Of a DNA stretch of 64,000 nt, positions 11,818 through 26,800 are shown in pieces. Source of the stretch: Lytechinus pictus (Eukaryota). The notes beneath the pieces were generated by a model that saw only the letters and a list, made by a program, of their open reading frames with translations, was not told the origin of the DNA and did not search any database. How positions within the stretch are numbered: position 1 is the stretch's first letter; every line of letters starts with the position of its first letter. The stretch lies in NCBI RefSeq assembly GCF_037042905.1, contig NC_087254.1, positions 32,240,001 through 32,304,000 of the forward strand, in the 5' to 3' direction. Made by a program: the position numbers and the translations under genes.

Positions 11818-14800
11818 CTATAAAGAAATGAAAACAAAAAATCTCATATCGCTATTGCATATTGACATAAGACATATTGCATTTATGCTGTGGCTTATAA
11901 TCAAACAGCATGGTGTGCTTGTGTAGATATTGAAAAATATGAAAATTATATGCAGGACAGTCCATCAACTGGGGACAATTGACTATATTTTGTGATTTGG
12001 ACAAATAACCTTTGGTGATAAGCTAAAAAATTTCTACACATACTAAGCCAGGTTTAAGTCCATCTGTATCATTAATTGAACAGAGCGAACAAAATGATTA
12101 GTATTATAATTATTAGTCACTGCATCCCTAAATTGGCAACACACAGTAAAATCTCAAAATCACTGTTTTCACATACAGATTTAACATGTTTGTAAATTGT
12201 AACAACATATTTTATCAAATTTCTCATACATAGACTTCAAAAAGGAAAAAAAGCGATATGAGAGAAAAAGTAGGATACAGGCTGTCTATTGATAATGATT
12301 TAGTGTCTGTGCAAAGGCTTAACTTAACAATATAAGAACAAACAGACAAATCTCCAAAACATGTTTATCATCATTTTCAACTAAAAATTAATCTGCTCTT
12401 CACCAACGAAGCTAATAATACAGAGTTAAATTTGACTTTCAATAGAAATCAAAATATATATTTTACCTATGAGTTTTGCCTCTAGATCAGCTGCTTTCTC
12501 TTTGAATTCTTGTAAATGAGCGAGTTTAGACTCCATCCTCTGGACATCTTTCTGATGTTGAAGCTCTGCCTGGTGCACAGCAGATAGCTTCTCATTGTTT
12601 TTCCCTGCGAGCTCCTGATTAAGTGAAAAGAAAAAATATCTTGTACTTCAGGAAATAGCTATGACTTAATGAAGAAATTCCAATATATGTTGATGAAAAC
12701 AGTAGACTTTAGTCTGTCATGCAGGTTCAAATCAAAGTGAACTTTGAAACCACGTCACAAATTCGATATAAAAATTGAGCGAGACTTACAAAAGACACAC
12801 AAAAAAGATAAAAAAGCATTGAAACATCACAGCGAGAAAAAAAAATATGATGCTCTGTTTCTATTATGCCTACCATTCCATTGATGAAGGCTGTCATTAT
12901 CATCAACCAAATTTGTCAACAATTAGAGAGTCCACTGTTTATGTAAATCAATTCACATTAACAGAGGACTCTATTCATGGCAACAAGCATGAAATTAGCA
13001 CACTGTGATAGAGTCAACATTCAATAATGGACCCTTCCTCGGTATGTAGTACATGCTAAATTAGGCATGCGTGATTAATGCATGAAAATCTTCATGATTA
13101 AAGGGATGGTCCACGCTGGAGATATTTACATCTCAATAAATAGAGTAAAATTCAAAGAGCAAAATAATGAAAATTTGATCAAAATCGGATAGGGTTAGGG
13201 TTATATATAACAAATTCATTGAATTTTAAACATTTGCATTATTCCGTTGAAACAGTGCTAGGCATGTCTTTATGAATATTCATTAGGTGGGCTGATGATG
13301 TCATATCCCCATTTGTTCTTTTGTATTTTATTGTATGAAATTAGGTTAATAAAAAAACATTCTACCAAGAACTGAAACAATTGGATTGGCATGCTGATTA
13401 AGTGCATCAACTGCTGCAACTTATTTCATCATAATGGAGACACATCATTTACACATGTATAAAAAATGAAACATTTATGATATCACGTAATAACATAAGA
13501 AAAAGGAAAGTGGGGATGTGACATCATCAGCCCACCTAATGAATATTCATGACGATGTGCATATAACTATTTTCACAAAATATTGATAATCTTTAAAATT
13601 CAATAACTTCGTTCTTTGTTATCCGATTTCGATGAAATTTCCAGCATTTTGCTTTGTGAATTTTACTCTACTTATTTAGTTATAAATACTCTCAGCCTGG
13701 ACCATCCCTTTAAGGACCAAAACATTTGATATTGTGTCCCCCCTACTATTTTGGGTAGGGGGACGTGTCCCCCCCCCCCCCCTGGGATTTCCACCCATGC
13801 CCATTCTACAAAATGTTAGGCAATATTATGGAGAACAAAATTGAAGAAGATTACAAAGTATTGTAGGCCAATTCATATATTTTAAGTACCGGTAATCCAA
13901 AGACAAAAAAGAAGGCTTCAAAATTTTAACGTGTCCGGAAACTTACCTCCCCCCTCCTCCTATAAAATGTTAGGGGCCTAGGCAATATTAAATAGAACAA
14001 ACTTGAAAGTATTTTCAGCCCGGACCATCCCTTTAACAGTTTCAAAATCGACTTCATGAATTTGTGTCTTTGAGTCTGAAAATGCTGACATTAGTATGTT
14101 TATCTATACTGCACTTGTCCCATAAGGTTCCAAGGACAAACAATGCATTAATTTGAGATAGGTATTTAAAGGGTTTTTAATATTAACCTGAGTCATTAAA
14201 TAATGTTTGAACTTCAACCAACCTTAACAATTATTTGGGGCAAGCTTTCATCCACTCCTGTGGACTTTCTCAAGCAAATCGATTAGTCACACACACTGCT
14301 GCCTAATGTCTGTACTTCCATGTCTCTTGATCACTGGACCAAAGATGGGTGACAATGGATATCCAGACTCTCTCTTCAGCATTGCGTGTGACTAATCCAT
14401 TGGCTTGAAAAAGTCCACAGGAGTGGATGAAAGTTCACCCCAAATAATTGTTAAGGTTGAATTTTGAAACATTATTGAATTTATCATCCCCAATTGATGA
14501 AATATTTCTGTATTCACCTGAGTCATTTCCTGAAGATGTCTCTTGAGGGACTCGACCTCCAGTGTCAGGTTATTGTTACGAGCCTGTACTTCAGCTACCA
14601 TCTGACTCTGGTTGCTTGCATGCTGATGGATGTCATCTTTGGCGTTCTGCAGGACTCGGATCTTGTCTTCCAAAAGCTTGCTTCTTTGATGCTGTTAACA
14701 GATGAAATAGACAAATGATAAAACCTGAAACAAGAGCTGTACAGTATTTGGATTGCCTAAAGTTGAAGATGAAATGGCTCTCTCAAATTGATAGCTTATT

Positions 14801-17800
14801 GTTCTTAATCGGTTCACAGACTAGTCATAAAAACTACATTGGGCTTTAAAATACTGTAAAAGATAGACAAAGTCTCTATAAACCATCTGTTCCATTTGTA
14901 TTGGTGCACACAAGCCAATATAATCACATTGTAACATCAGTTGGGGAGTGACAAACGTGGGTAAGTGCCTTGTATAAGGACCTAAGGACCAGGTGAGATT
15001 CGAACCATCGACCCTTGGTTTAAGAGTCAAGCGACTTAACCATAACACCACCAAAACCATATAAATCTTACCTCTTCATCCCTAACTTGTTTCTTGGTAG
15101 CAAGGATCTGTTCCTCCAGCGAGAGTCTCTCTGTCAGCTGCTGTGCTTTGACCCTGCTCAACTCCTCCTCTATGCCTCTCCGATGGTCCTCCAGACGATC
15201 GATGCGATCCTTATACGCCCTTTCACTCTCCTCGAATCCTTGACGAAGGTGCTGGATCTCAGAGCGATGTCGTCGATCGATGTCCCCCACGTCATCCCGG
15301 TGTTTGATGCGCTCAACCTGCAGCAGTTCTGAGAGCAACAATATAATCAATTAAATAATGAACTGATAAAAAGACTGTCTTAATAATATTTTACAAAACA
15401 CGTCACCAAACCATGTATTATTTTAATTTCAACAAACAGAAAAAGTAAGCTCTTAATTTCACTCAATACCATTATAAAGTCTAGAAATCAAAGAAAAATC
15501 CTCTACCAGAAAAAAATTGCAACATCAGGTGAAAACCCGCTGCTACTTCTTGAAGAAAATACCTGTGCACTATGTCCTGCTTCTGATATTTACAATTTTT
15601 TGCATCGCAATTGCAATGCATACAATAGGTACACATTTTGATAATTTTGTGAGCAAGATCATAAACTAGTACATCAAGTAGTCATGCAGGGCCTGACCTT
15701 TACTTTTTTTTAGGGAGCCAGCCGGGTTCCTCAACCACTTCTTTAGGGAGCCCGCAAGGTGTTCAGGGAGCCCAAGTTAATGGTCAGTATTAAAACACAC
15801 CAACACAATTCCTTGTTTTTATAATCATCAATACCAGGTGTATTATCATTATTAAAGTAAATGTGAGGATTAACTGAACTGAAGAATTAATCTTACAGCA
15901 ATTGACTTTTGTGAAGCCCTTTTGCTACAGTAACAGTCTAACATTGGACTTCAGGTTTCATCAGAATAAGATATAGCACTGGATAAGTCACTCTTCCTCG
16001 CTTCGTCTGTTCAAATTTATATTCATTCAATCTTCAATATTGCTCAACAGCTTGAGCAAGCAATAATTAATATCATTTGCAGAGAGGAAAATAAATGACA
16101 AAAACTATTGAAAATGCGTTTACCACTAGGAATACACTTTTCTTTCAGAACCTTCCCAAAATATAATATTTTCGTTTGCTCAATCTGTTTCATTCCATAT
16201 TCAATTTCTACTCAAATGGACATTCATCTCATCCATTATTTCAGAATTGACATCTTTGTTTACATTAAGCTCAGCCACAGGCACTAGGAATGCCCAAGGG
16301 GCTCATACAATGACCCCCCCCCCCATGGGGACATACCATTGTAACCAAGCAACACAGGCTCAATGTTGACAGTTACGAGGTCACTCACTGTTTTTACAAT
16401 GAACTTTCTTGGCTGATACTAGAAAAACTAATACCCCTTTCACAAACCCATCCTCAAATTATCCCACTAAGAGTAATGCGGATAATTCAATAAAAATTGC
16501 ATTCACAAACTCTGAAAATAATCCGCACTATTTTTTTACGAGCGCCCGACCTGAAAAAGGCGGATAATTGTCATGGCAACTGCACACGCCCCCTCCGATG
16601 GGGTTGTGTTGGAAAAGGGTGACCTTTTGTGACCGCACCATGGCAATTATCCGCATTACTTTGGAAATGCGTTCACAAAGCCAAAATCTGGTCCCGATGC
16701 TGCTATTATGCGGATAATTGCAGCATCAAAATAATGCGGATAACTCTGGTCCCGCTCCGATTTTACAACCAAATTATGCGGATAATTGGGTTTGAGAAAG
16801 GGGTATTAAGGAGCAAGCCAGGCTTTTTTATTTACTTTCTAAGGAGCCCGCCAAGGTTTTAGGGAGCCAATTGCCATCGGGCTCCTGCTATAAAGTCGAG
16901 CCCTCAATAGAGACCTTTCGTTTTCTGTGACGAGCCATGTGGACGTACGAGATTAAGGAATTTTGGAACGCTGCGCATGCGCGAAGTAATCTGTGACGAG
17001 CCTTCTCGTTCACTGCCCAAATCTGTGACTCGTATTTGAGGGTTTTGACGTTCGGTGTCATAGTGCTCGAACGAGCGCTAGTTCGTACATGATGACGTCA
17101 TCCAAGCTTAGCAAAAATGAATGAAGCCGCATCAACATTCGAGTTTCGTTGATTCAGCAGAGCTGGTAAACTGCAAATTACTGCTTGTTACCAGCTTATC
17201 CATTACATTTAGTGTGTCCTGTTTTCAGACACTACATATCCGATAGGTAATTGATGTTCTATTTCCAAACAACTGTATTTTTTCGGCTTTTTGCGCAAGA
17301 GTGCAAATGTTGCACCCACAGTCGCCCCACTGGTTCGTAGCGTGATGCTACGCCCGATTCTCCGGCCGAGCATTGGCCCACGGCCCGCTCACTATCACGC
17401 TGGTATATGCTGTGGCCTGGTACAGGTACGTCGACTTAAATCGAAATGTTTTCATCAATGTACTAAAGTGATACTGAACGAGCAGTGTCACCACTTCCGG
17501 TGAACTAGGACTACGTTGCAGTCGCAGACAATCGAAAGCTTACTAATGACGTGGAGCTCATCTGGCACCTCGCAAAAATTTTTACACAATTTTCAATTTC
17601 AGCCCAGTTGACACTGTAGTGAATTATATTCGTGACAGAAATTAAAGGCCAAGTCCACCCCAGAAAATTGTTGATTTGAATCGATAGAGAAAAATCAAAC
17701 AAACATAACGCTGCAAATTTCATCAAAATCGGATGTAAAATAAGAAAGTTATGACGTTTTTAAGTTTCGCTTATTTTTCACAAAACAGTTAAACGCACAA

Positions 17801-20800
17801 CTCAGCGATATGCAAATGAGAGAGTCGATGATGTCCATCACTCACTATTTCTTTTGTTTTTTATTGTTTGAATTATACAATATTTCAATTTTTACAGATT
17901 TGACAATAAGGACCAACTTGACTTAACCATAAACTGTTAAAATAATGGTAATTCCACATGTTCAGGGAGTAATAAAACTTTGTTTCACATGACAATGGGG
18001 AGAAAATTAGAATTTTTCATATTTCATATAATAAAATACAAAAGAAATAGTGAGTGGGTGACGTCATCAGTCTGCCAATTTGCATACCGTCCAGGATGTG
18101 TATATAACTGTTTTTGTGAAATTAAGCAAAAGTTTAAAATGTCATAACTTTCTTATTTTACATCCGATTTTGATGAAATTTTCAGTGTTTTGCTTGTTGG
18201 ATTTTTCTCCTTTTATTCAAATCAACTTTTTGGTGGGGTGGACTTGTCCTTTAAGAACAGAAATGAAATTGATGAAGAAATGATAGAGAAGAAGCATTAT
18301 TATGATTTATGAATAAATTTCATATAAATAAGCATAAATAATTTTCTAGTTAAAATTTCTAAATTCTGTGAAGAACTTTGCTGAACCTCATGTAGCTCTC
18401 AGATGGAACAAAAAAAATCAAAATCTGTCAACCAATAAATAAGAAGCATTTTTTGGTGTTTTGAAAAATATGCATAAATTAGCATATTTAATGAGTTTTA
18501 AAATTTTGTGTAGAAATTTTGTATCCCCACCTAGAGCTATCATATAAAGCAAAAAAATTGAAATTGATCAACAAGTGAAGGAGAAAAAGCATTTTCTGTG
18601 ATTTATTAATAAATTTTGCATAAATTAACATACCAAATTTTCAAAATCAAAATTTCAAAATTCTGTGTAAACGTTTGGTGAACCTCATGAAGCTCTACCA
18701 GATGGATGAAAAAAAAATCAAAATCGGTCAACAAATAAAGAAGCATTTTATGTGAATTTAGAAAAAAAAACATAAATTAATTTCGCATATACTATTTTTT
18801 ACTAACATAAAAAATTTTCTAGCCAAAATTTCAGAATTCTATGTAGAAGAATGGTGTACCTCACGAAGCTCTACCAGATGGAAGAAAAAATATCAAAATC
18901 GGTCAACAAAGCATTTTTTGTGAATTTTGAAAAATAAGCATAATTACTAAATTAGCATAATAATTTTTCTAGTCAAAATTTCAAAATTCTGTGTAGAAGT
19001 TTGGTGAACCTCATGAAGCTATACCAGATGGAAGCAAAAGAATCAAAATCGGTCAACAAATAAAGAAGAAGCATTTTTTTTAAATGCACATAAATCAGCA
19101 TATCTTTTTGTGAGTTTCAAAATTCTGTGTAGAAGTTTTGAATCCCCCACATACCTAGTGCTATCATATAAAGCAAACAGAATTGAAATCGGACTTGAAA
19201 TGACGAAGAAGAAGCATTTATTAAACAATTATTGTATAAGTACAGAAATCTTTAAAAATACACAATTTATAATAAATCATGGTAAATTTCAGAGCGAATA
19301 GTCGAATATCATAAAAATGATTGAAAAAAAAGAGTGACAATTGGTAAAAACGATCAACCCTAGTTGTCTGTTTCTCAGCATGATTATCACACTTCACCAG
19401 TTCAGTATTCCAAACGTTGCAGCTACTACCAGCCAGTGCCACACTAGAATTAATTCCCACGATACATTGCGATGACACAACAAACATAATTAAAAAAGAA
19501 CCTTTTCAAAAAAGGAAAAAAATAACAATGATACAAACCACTCAAACAATTTCGTACAACACCAATATCACATATTACGCATGTTATTTAAGCAAGACAA
19601 TTACTAAATCCACTAAAGACAAGTAAAGCGCAATATTACACAAACAATCATATCAAGATATCATTTAAGAGAGATACTTTCCAATTTCCATCCAATCCTT
19701 CTCTTTCTCCCCTTTTCAGACTTAGTTTCGCTTGTCAATCCAGCACTCCACTAGCCTCTGGTCGAGGCCCTGGCTGCTTCCCGAGCGAAGCGAGGGATAT
19801 CCTAATTCGCGAAGCGAATTAGCCTGGCGCGAGCCAGGGCCTCTGGACATCTGTACCGAATTTCACCGACTTCCTTTTGTTTCTTATTGTTTTACCAATA
19901 TTCCGACGGTCGGTGAAAATCATCCAATGAGATCGTGGACTGCTTTGACGTCATATTGAATTATTCATGAGCTCATCATGAATTCTGCATGGAGGAAAAT
20001 GGCGACCCGTGGATTCTGGGCAAAGAGTGACAACGAAATATCAAAGAGCATTGAATATGCCTCTAAAATACTGAAAATTAACCAGTTTAAGGATTTGCAA
20101 GTTGATGCAATTAAATATGCACTGAAAGGACGAGATGTGTTTGTAAATCTACCAACTGGATATGGAAAAAGTGTAATCTTTCAAGCGATTCCACTTTGCG
20201 TCGACTATCTCCGACTCCGCGGTGTCGGTGAAAGTGAAACTGAAGGAATTGGTGCTGGCCGATCTCCCGGGAAGTTCCGGGGCGGTGATGGGTCGGTTAT
20301 GGCTACTAGGCCTAGTATTAGTAATACCACTCGTTGTGGCATTTTGCTAGTTATCTCCCCTTTAGTGTCCCTGATGAGAGACCAAGTGAAGTCGTTGAAG
20401 GATCGCGGGCTTCATGCCATTTATGTTGGGGACGCTTCGTCACAAGATAAATTTTTAGAAGGTATGATTTTGATTTTACTTAGCTTAACTGGGCCCAGGC
20501 CATGCCAAGGCCCAAGCAAGGCATTGATTCTGCTCTTCCAATTCCAGTTCTGACTTGTTCAATTGTCCGCACAAACAATCAATTTTAAACAGCCATTTTG
20601 AAAAGATAACAAGAAAAGTTCCATCAATGTTCTGTTGACCATTACTATAAAAAGAATTTCATGTTTCAAGTTGTTACATGTAGGTGCGTAAACTTACCCT
20701 AACAATTTGAAACGTGAGTCTCTTTTTAATTTTTATTTCACAAAATATAGTTTCAGTTAATAATGACAATGTTCCTTAATTATTATGAGTTAGTGTACCA

Positions 20801-23800
20801 AATATCTCATAAAAATTTGAAAGAAATATGGGCTTTCCTGGAAAAAAACCCTTGGGCAGTTCTTTTCAAATTTTAAAAAGAAAAAATCAAATCAATGGTA
20901 TCCCATGTCTGCGCACCCATTCACTTTGCACACGATTCAGTGATTTTGATGAGAAAGGCTGCATTTTCTGGCCGTCACATGGAATGCAAAAAATCACTAT
21001 TTTTCCAGCATTTTGAGTCAGATTTTTAAATGAATATATTATCTGTCATAATATATTGCATGTGTAAAATTTGTGTTCGTTGCGTATCTTCTTTTACTAG
21101 AATCGCGCAGATACGCGTGTGCGCAGACCAGGGGGACCACGCAGACTTGGATGAACTTGCCATACAGTTTTGTGAAGTAGCCATAAGGCTTTAAAATCAA
21201 AATTTTAAATTCATCCGACTGACCGGACAAACTACCCCCCCCCCCACCATCTACATACGCATGATAAAGTCTACATGATGATGTAGTTTTTTAATATCGG
21301 TTGAATTGGTCTAAAGACTCTAAAATGCCAATTTGTCCAATTACCAGCTCGTCTCCTATCATTTGCTATCCGCATGGTCTAATTGCCATTTCTTCCACCA
21401 CCATTTCGTCTTACATGTATAACCAGCTTAATAGTCCAATAGCCATTTAGTCCCTCATGGCATTTTACCCTTTGGTCTATAAATTGGACAACATGTAAGT
21501 TATAATTGGGTGAAATGAATGAAAATAAAATGAACATAGACCAACTGGTTATGAGACCAAATGTTCATAGACAAATTGGAGATTGGATGCAGATGAGTTG
21601 GTATCTGTGACTGTAAGGTTAATTTTGCAGGATAGACCGGAAGTGGTGCATGATTATTTCTCTTCCCTACAATAATTATCATGATGATTTTCCCCCTTTT
21701 TAGCACAGTAAAATAAAACAGATTTATCAGAACTACTGTACAATACATGTGGAAATGATATTGGTCTTGTACATGTATGTCAAACAATAATTTGATGAAA
21801 TATCAAATTACTCAAACTATTATATTTCACACAGGTGGAATTTCATATGTGTTCATGAGTCCGGAGACAGTATTTGGACGAGGTTTCAAGCTTCTTGATA
21901 GCAGCTTCGTGAAGGAGAACTTATGTGCAATTGTTGTAGATGAAAGCCACTGTATAGTGAAATGGTATGTTTTTTTTCCTGTTCCTTTATTAAAATGAGA
22001 ATTGATTTTTCTTGATTGTTGCATCATGCAGTCAAAAGATTAAATGGGCAATCCAAGGCTGAAAATTATCAGACAGATTAACATCTGTCAAACAATGAAA
22101 ATTTCATCAAAATTAGACAAAGAACAAAGGAATGAACAATATGTACACTGTACAGTATTTACTCAATATTGATATTGAATTTGTAAAAGAATCTTATTTT
22201 CGTTTGATCAACTCTGGTGCACAAGTTATGAAATGGGCATAGTTCTACTTTTTTTTTTCTGCACATTCAATTTCAGGGGACAGAACTCAGATAGACTGAA
22301 AGCCTTCCGTAGTGAATATGGACGTCTGGCAGAACTGCGTTCCATGGTGCCATCACAGATACCCGTGGTCGCCCTTACAGCCACCTCTACTATCGCAACA
22401 CGGAAAAACATCTTGACATCGTTGACAATGACGCAGCCAGCCTTAATTACCCTGTCCCCTGATAGGAAAAACATTAAGTACAGTGTAATGGATGTTCCTG
22501 AGAGTGACACTTCATGCATATTTGCAGAACTGTGCAATGAATTGAAGAGAGATGGCAGACAGACTGCCAGGACCATCATCTTCGCCCGCTCTCACAATCA
22601 GTGCAGCGATCTGTATAAGAGTTTTAAGAAGAAGATTAATGATGTGAATTTATTTGCAATGTTCCATCTTACCACAGAGGATTGTCGCAAAGAAGAAGTG
22701 CTTAAGTCATTTGGAGATGAAAACGGTTCCATCCGGGTGTTGTTTGCCACGATGGCATTTGGAATGGGAGTTAATTGTAGAGGAGTTAGGAGAGTGTATC
22801 ATCTTGGCCCTCCCGAGGACATCGAAGATTATGTTCAAGAAAGTGGACGTGTTGGACGAGATGGAGAGGATAGCCATGCAGTACTGATTCTGTTCAAGGG
22901 ATGGAACCGGTGTAAAGTTTCACCAAAAATGAAGGAATATGTGAAGAACGAGGAGATATGCAGGAGGAAGTTTTTGATGGAAACATTTGAGGAAGATGAT
23001 AGAACATCATGTAAAATTATTCCCCATTCATGTTGCGACATCTGTGCTCAAAAGTGTGAATGTAGGGTTGATGATGCCCATACCATCCCCTTTAAATACT
23101 GTGATACAGTTCAGTCCCAGTCCCAACACATGACAACTTGCAGGGATGTGTCGGATGAGGAAAGAGAAGTTCTACTAGACCAGCTTCTGTTATTAAGAGG
23201 TGAAGTTCTTGCGCGAGTGTCTGGGGCAGGTTACACCTTGGCAGGCGCAGATGTGACTTCTGGTATACCGATCAGTGAAGTCGAGGCTCTGGTTAAGAAT
23301 TGTGACAAAATTGACTCGCTTAGCACTTTATGTAATCGTTTTAGTTTTTTTGGTCATGAGGAAGAAATTTGGATTGTTCTAGAGGATACTTTACCCCCAT
23401 CTCAAACTTCTCAATCCATTGCATTACAAGAATTACACCCCACAGTAATTGATGATATAATTGATACAGATGAGTCTGATACAAATGATGAATATGCAGA
23501 AGCAGTTCTCATGTCAGATGCAGAATCTGATAATTAATTTGGATTGTGGTTCATTCATGGACTTTTCCCTTAAGGATATTTGAATCTTAAGACAGTGAAA
23601 CTGTATTTCTAAGACATTATTTACACTGATGTCATGTATGTCTTGTAATGTTATAGCCCTTCAAAATTTCAGTTCAAACATTCAGATTTAATTGGGAGGG
23701 TTACTTTACCGCATTTAGCATTCAACATACATCATTGCTGGTACGTTTTCAATTTGATACATATGTTGCATCATTTGGGTATAAAGGCTGTATGACGTCG

Positions 23801-26800
23801 CAATATTTATAAATACAATGGTAATATAATGGTAAAGTATATTGCATAAATTTTGTGCTAATTTGGCTTGATAAAATACTCATTGATGTGAAAAAATTTG
23901 CATGTACATGTAGTCAGGTGAAATGCTAATGTTGTATGTATATGTTTGCGAAAATAATCCACAGCAAACTGTATGCATGTATTGTGTTAACACTTTGATT
24001 GCTCATACATTTTTGCATTACTCTAGAAAGGTTCATAAAGCTGTAAATCTGTTTTTGATAAATACATTATGATTACACTTTATATGAATTGAATTGTACC
24101 TGAAGAATGAGTATAACAAGCATGAAACTGAAATCCTTTAAAACTTTTTAGCAACACTAAACATGTATATAATGAGCAAGCTGGTGATGTCATTGATCCA
24201 TTTTTCTTTTGTTTTTTTTTAAACATAAAACATTATTCATATTTATACAAATATATAGCTGTGTATTTATTGTAATTATGTAAGATTTACATGTATGCTG
24301 CATCTTTCAAGCTATGTATTCATCCCCTTCAGGAGGAAAGGTAAAATATTGTTCATTACACACATTCATTCAAAAATACAATTTTAAAAAGGATCGCAAT
24401 AAGTTTTATCATGCAGATACATGTGTGTGATATAAATGTTTCACCTGTAATCATTGTTCAAGTTAAAGGAACAAACCTGTACATGTACATGAAATGAAAA
24501 TTCTATTTCTTTTGGTTATGTACATTGCAAACCGGTACATGTATTTGGCCTTTTTTTTTAATGATGAAAAAATATGGCACGCATTATGAATTTGCCCCTT
24601 TTATAAAGAAGTGTGTATTTTTTGGTACACTTTAAATTAACAGGTGGTTAACAGTGGAAAGAAGCTACATGTATGGAGGGATATGTTTGGTGAGATTTAC
24701 CTGAATTTTCAAGTGTTTATGCATTAGACGATTACAAGCAAAAGTGGACATTTTCAAAAAAATTATATTGGCTCTTTCTCAAATCTCGATCATTTTTCTA
24801 TCAAAACTCAAATGGAATTTCATAATACAAAGGGGAACATTATTACATGTAGCCAGAATTTGTTTTTCTTGTAAATGTATCTCCTTTCTGTTGGATAATC
24901 TAAAGGTCATCATTTTAAATCATATTGTAAGAATATTTTCAAATATGAGTTCATTTTACATTGCTTGTATATGGATATTCCAGATGTCACTCTGTAACCG
25001 TCACTCCATACATGTAACTGGGTATAGGTTTACGTTTTAAGTCGTAATTGACAAATACACCAATTTTTAATGTAATGCAGCATATTATGCTAGAACAACA
25101 GAGAATCCAACCAATAACTCAAACTTGTGATAGCCATTTAAAGTTCAGAGTTTGAGGGATATGTTTTATCCTCAAAAATGCATATCCATTATATATGTAA
25201 CCATGTTTAATAATATTCATACAGTATCTCATTAATTGAGTGGATCGCTGAAACAAATGTTATTACTTGTATTTTTAAAGTGAGTTTCAGGAAGTACTGT
25301 AGGGCACCATTTCTTTGCAAATGACGATTTAAATATGGGTGATAAATTTGTTTGAATGCTAAGATTTGTTTCTGAATATCACTCTGTTTGTTTGGAACTG
25401 CCCCATTTATACATGCACATTATTAAATGTTAAGTTCTACCAACTTTTCAGGCAATGAAATAAATGGAATATTTAATTATGTGAACTTCCGTGTTACAAT
25501 CCTAACATGTTATTGGCAAATGCATATTTTTCATGTTTCTGATATTTTGAGTTTTGGGATTCCGACTTGCAGTTGCATCATCTGGACTGGATGGTGAAGG
25601 AGAGTGGGGTTGGTATGGGCACATGTTGAGGAGGGATGGCAGGCATGTTACAAGAAGGGCTTTTGAGTTTGAGGTGGGTGGTTCGAAGGGGAGATGATGT
25701 GGAAGAGGCAAGTGGAGAAGAGTAGGAGGGTTGGGTTGAGGATGAAAGATGCACTGTATCAGGCAAAGTGGAGGGAGGGGGGTAAGGGCCATTGCTGCGA
25801 GTGTGAGGTGAATCAGGCCATACCTGTTCACAGGGACAATCCCGGATTTAAAACTTACTACTAACATTATCTGTATAACCCATATGTTTAAACTTCAAAT
25901 CCACCCTACCAGAAATGGAAAGAGAGAAATCAAGGAACACAATTAAAGGGGTACTTGAGGCTGAATCACCCGTTGTGATTCATGAAGATTTTGCAAAATT
26001 TGAATATTTCTTATTTTATAATACAAAAGAAAGAGTAAGTATATAAAAAAACCATCTCATTTGCCTATCACTATATTGTACATACATGTACATGTAAAGC
26101 TTTTTATGAAAAATAAGCTGAACTTTCAAATGTAAAAACTTTTTTTATTGAAATCAGATCTTGACAAAATTTTCAGGATTAAGCTTGTTTGATCTTTCTC
26201 TTTGTATTCATTCCCATTTTTATGCCATTGACATGCTCTTTAACCCAAAATAGACTGGGCAATTTCGACGCCAAGAAGACGGGGGGGGGGGGGGGTTGAT
26301 TAATCCCCCCTTATGATTTCGGCTGTCAGTTGCACGATCGCAACAAAAATTGGCACGCTCTTTACCTGTGGCATAATCTACACAAGTATAAGATCCAATT
26401 CAGCAAAAAATCTCATTGCTAATAAATTTTGCTAATCTATGCATAAAATCAAGTTTGCTCTAATTAAATAATAATGCTCATAAAATTCTAACTTTTGGTA
26501 CACAGACTCTTTATAGGCATCTGATCAAATGTGCTTTAAAAGAATTTCAACATCACTTTTATTTTCTTATTCAATTTATTATTTTCTAAATTTATTAAGT
26601 ATTTCTTTGTCTTAAGACTTGTTTTTTTATTGTTTTTTCATTGAAAATTGTCTGGGACTTTATTTTGATGGAATTAATTGATTTTAATCGGTAAAATGAA
26701 AAATAATGACACATTAATTAATTTTTGTTAAAAACACTTTGCATTGGATTTTTTCCATTTAAAAATATTCTGTATCCTGGCATATTTTCTCCCATCCTAA

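Noticed and set aside
19732-19959. ORF sharing a peptide with ORF 36732-37043
   Set aside because: Both are chance translations through the two TIRs.
19978-23537. Host RecQ gene (WRN, BLM or RECQL) nested in an intron
   Set aside because: It lies between perfect TIRs with a TSD, beside a transposase, and shows no recognisable exonuclease or HRDC region, so no host gene symbol was given.
25502-25867. Pro-rich minus-strand ORF as a third gene of the transposon
   Set aside because: It is the antisense reading of a decayed RTE LINE 3' end.
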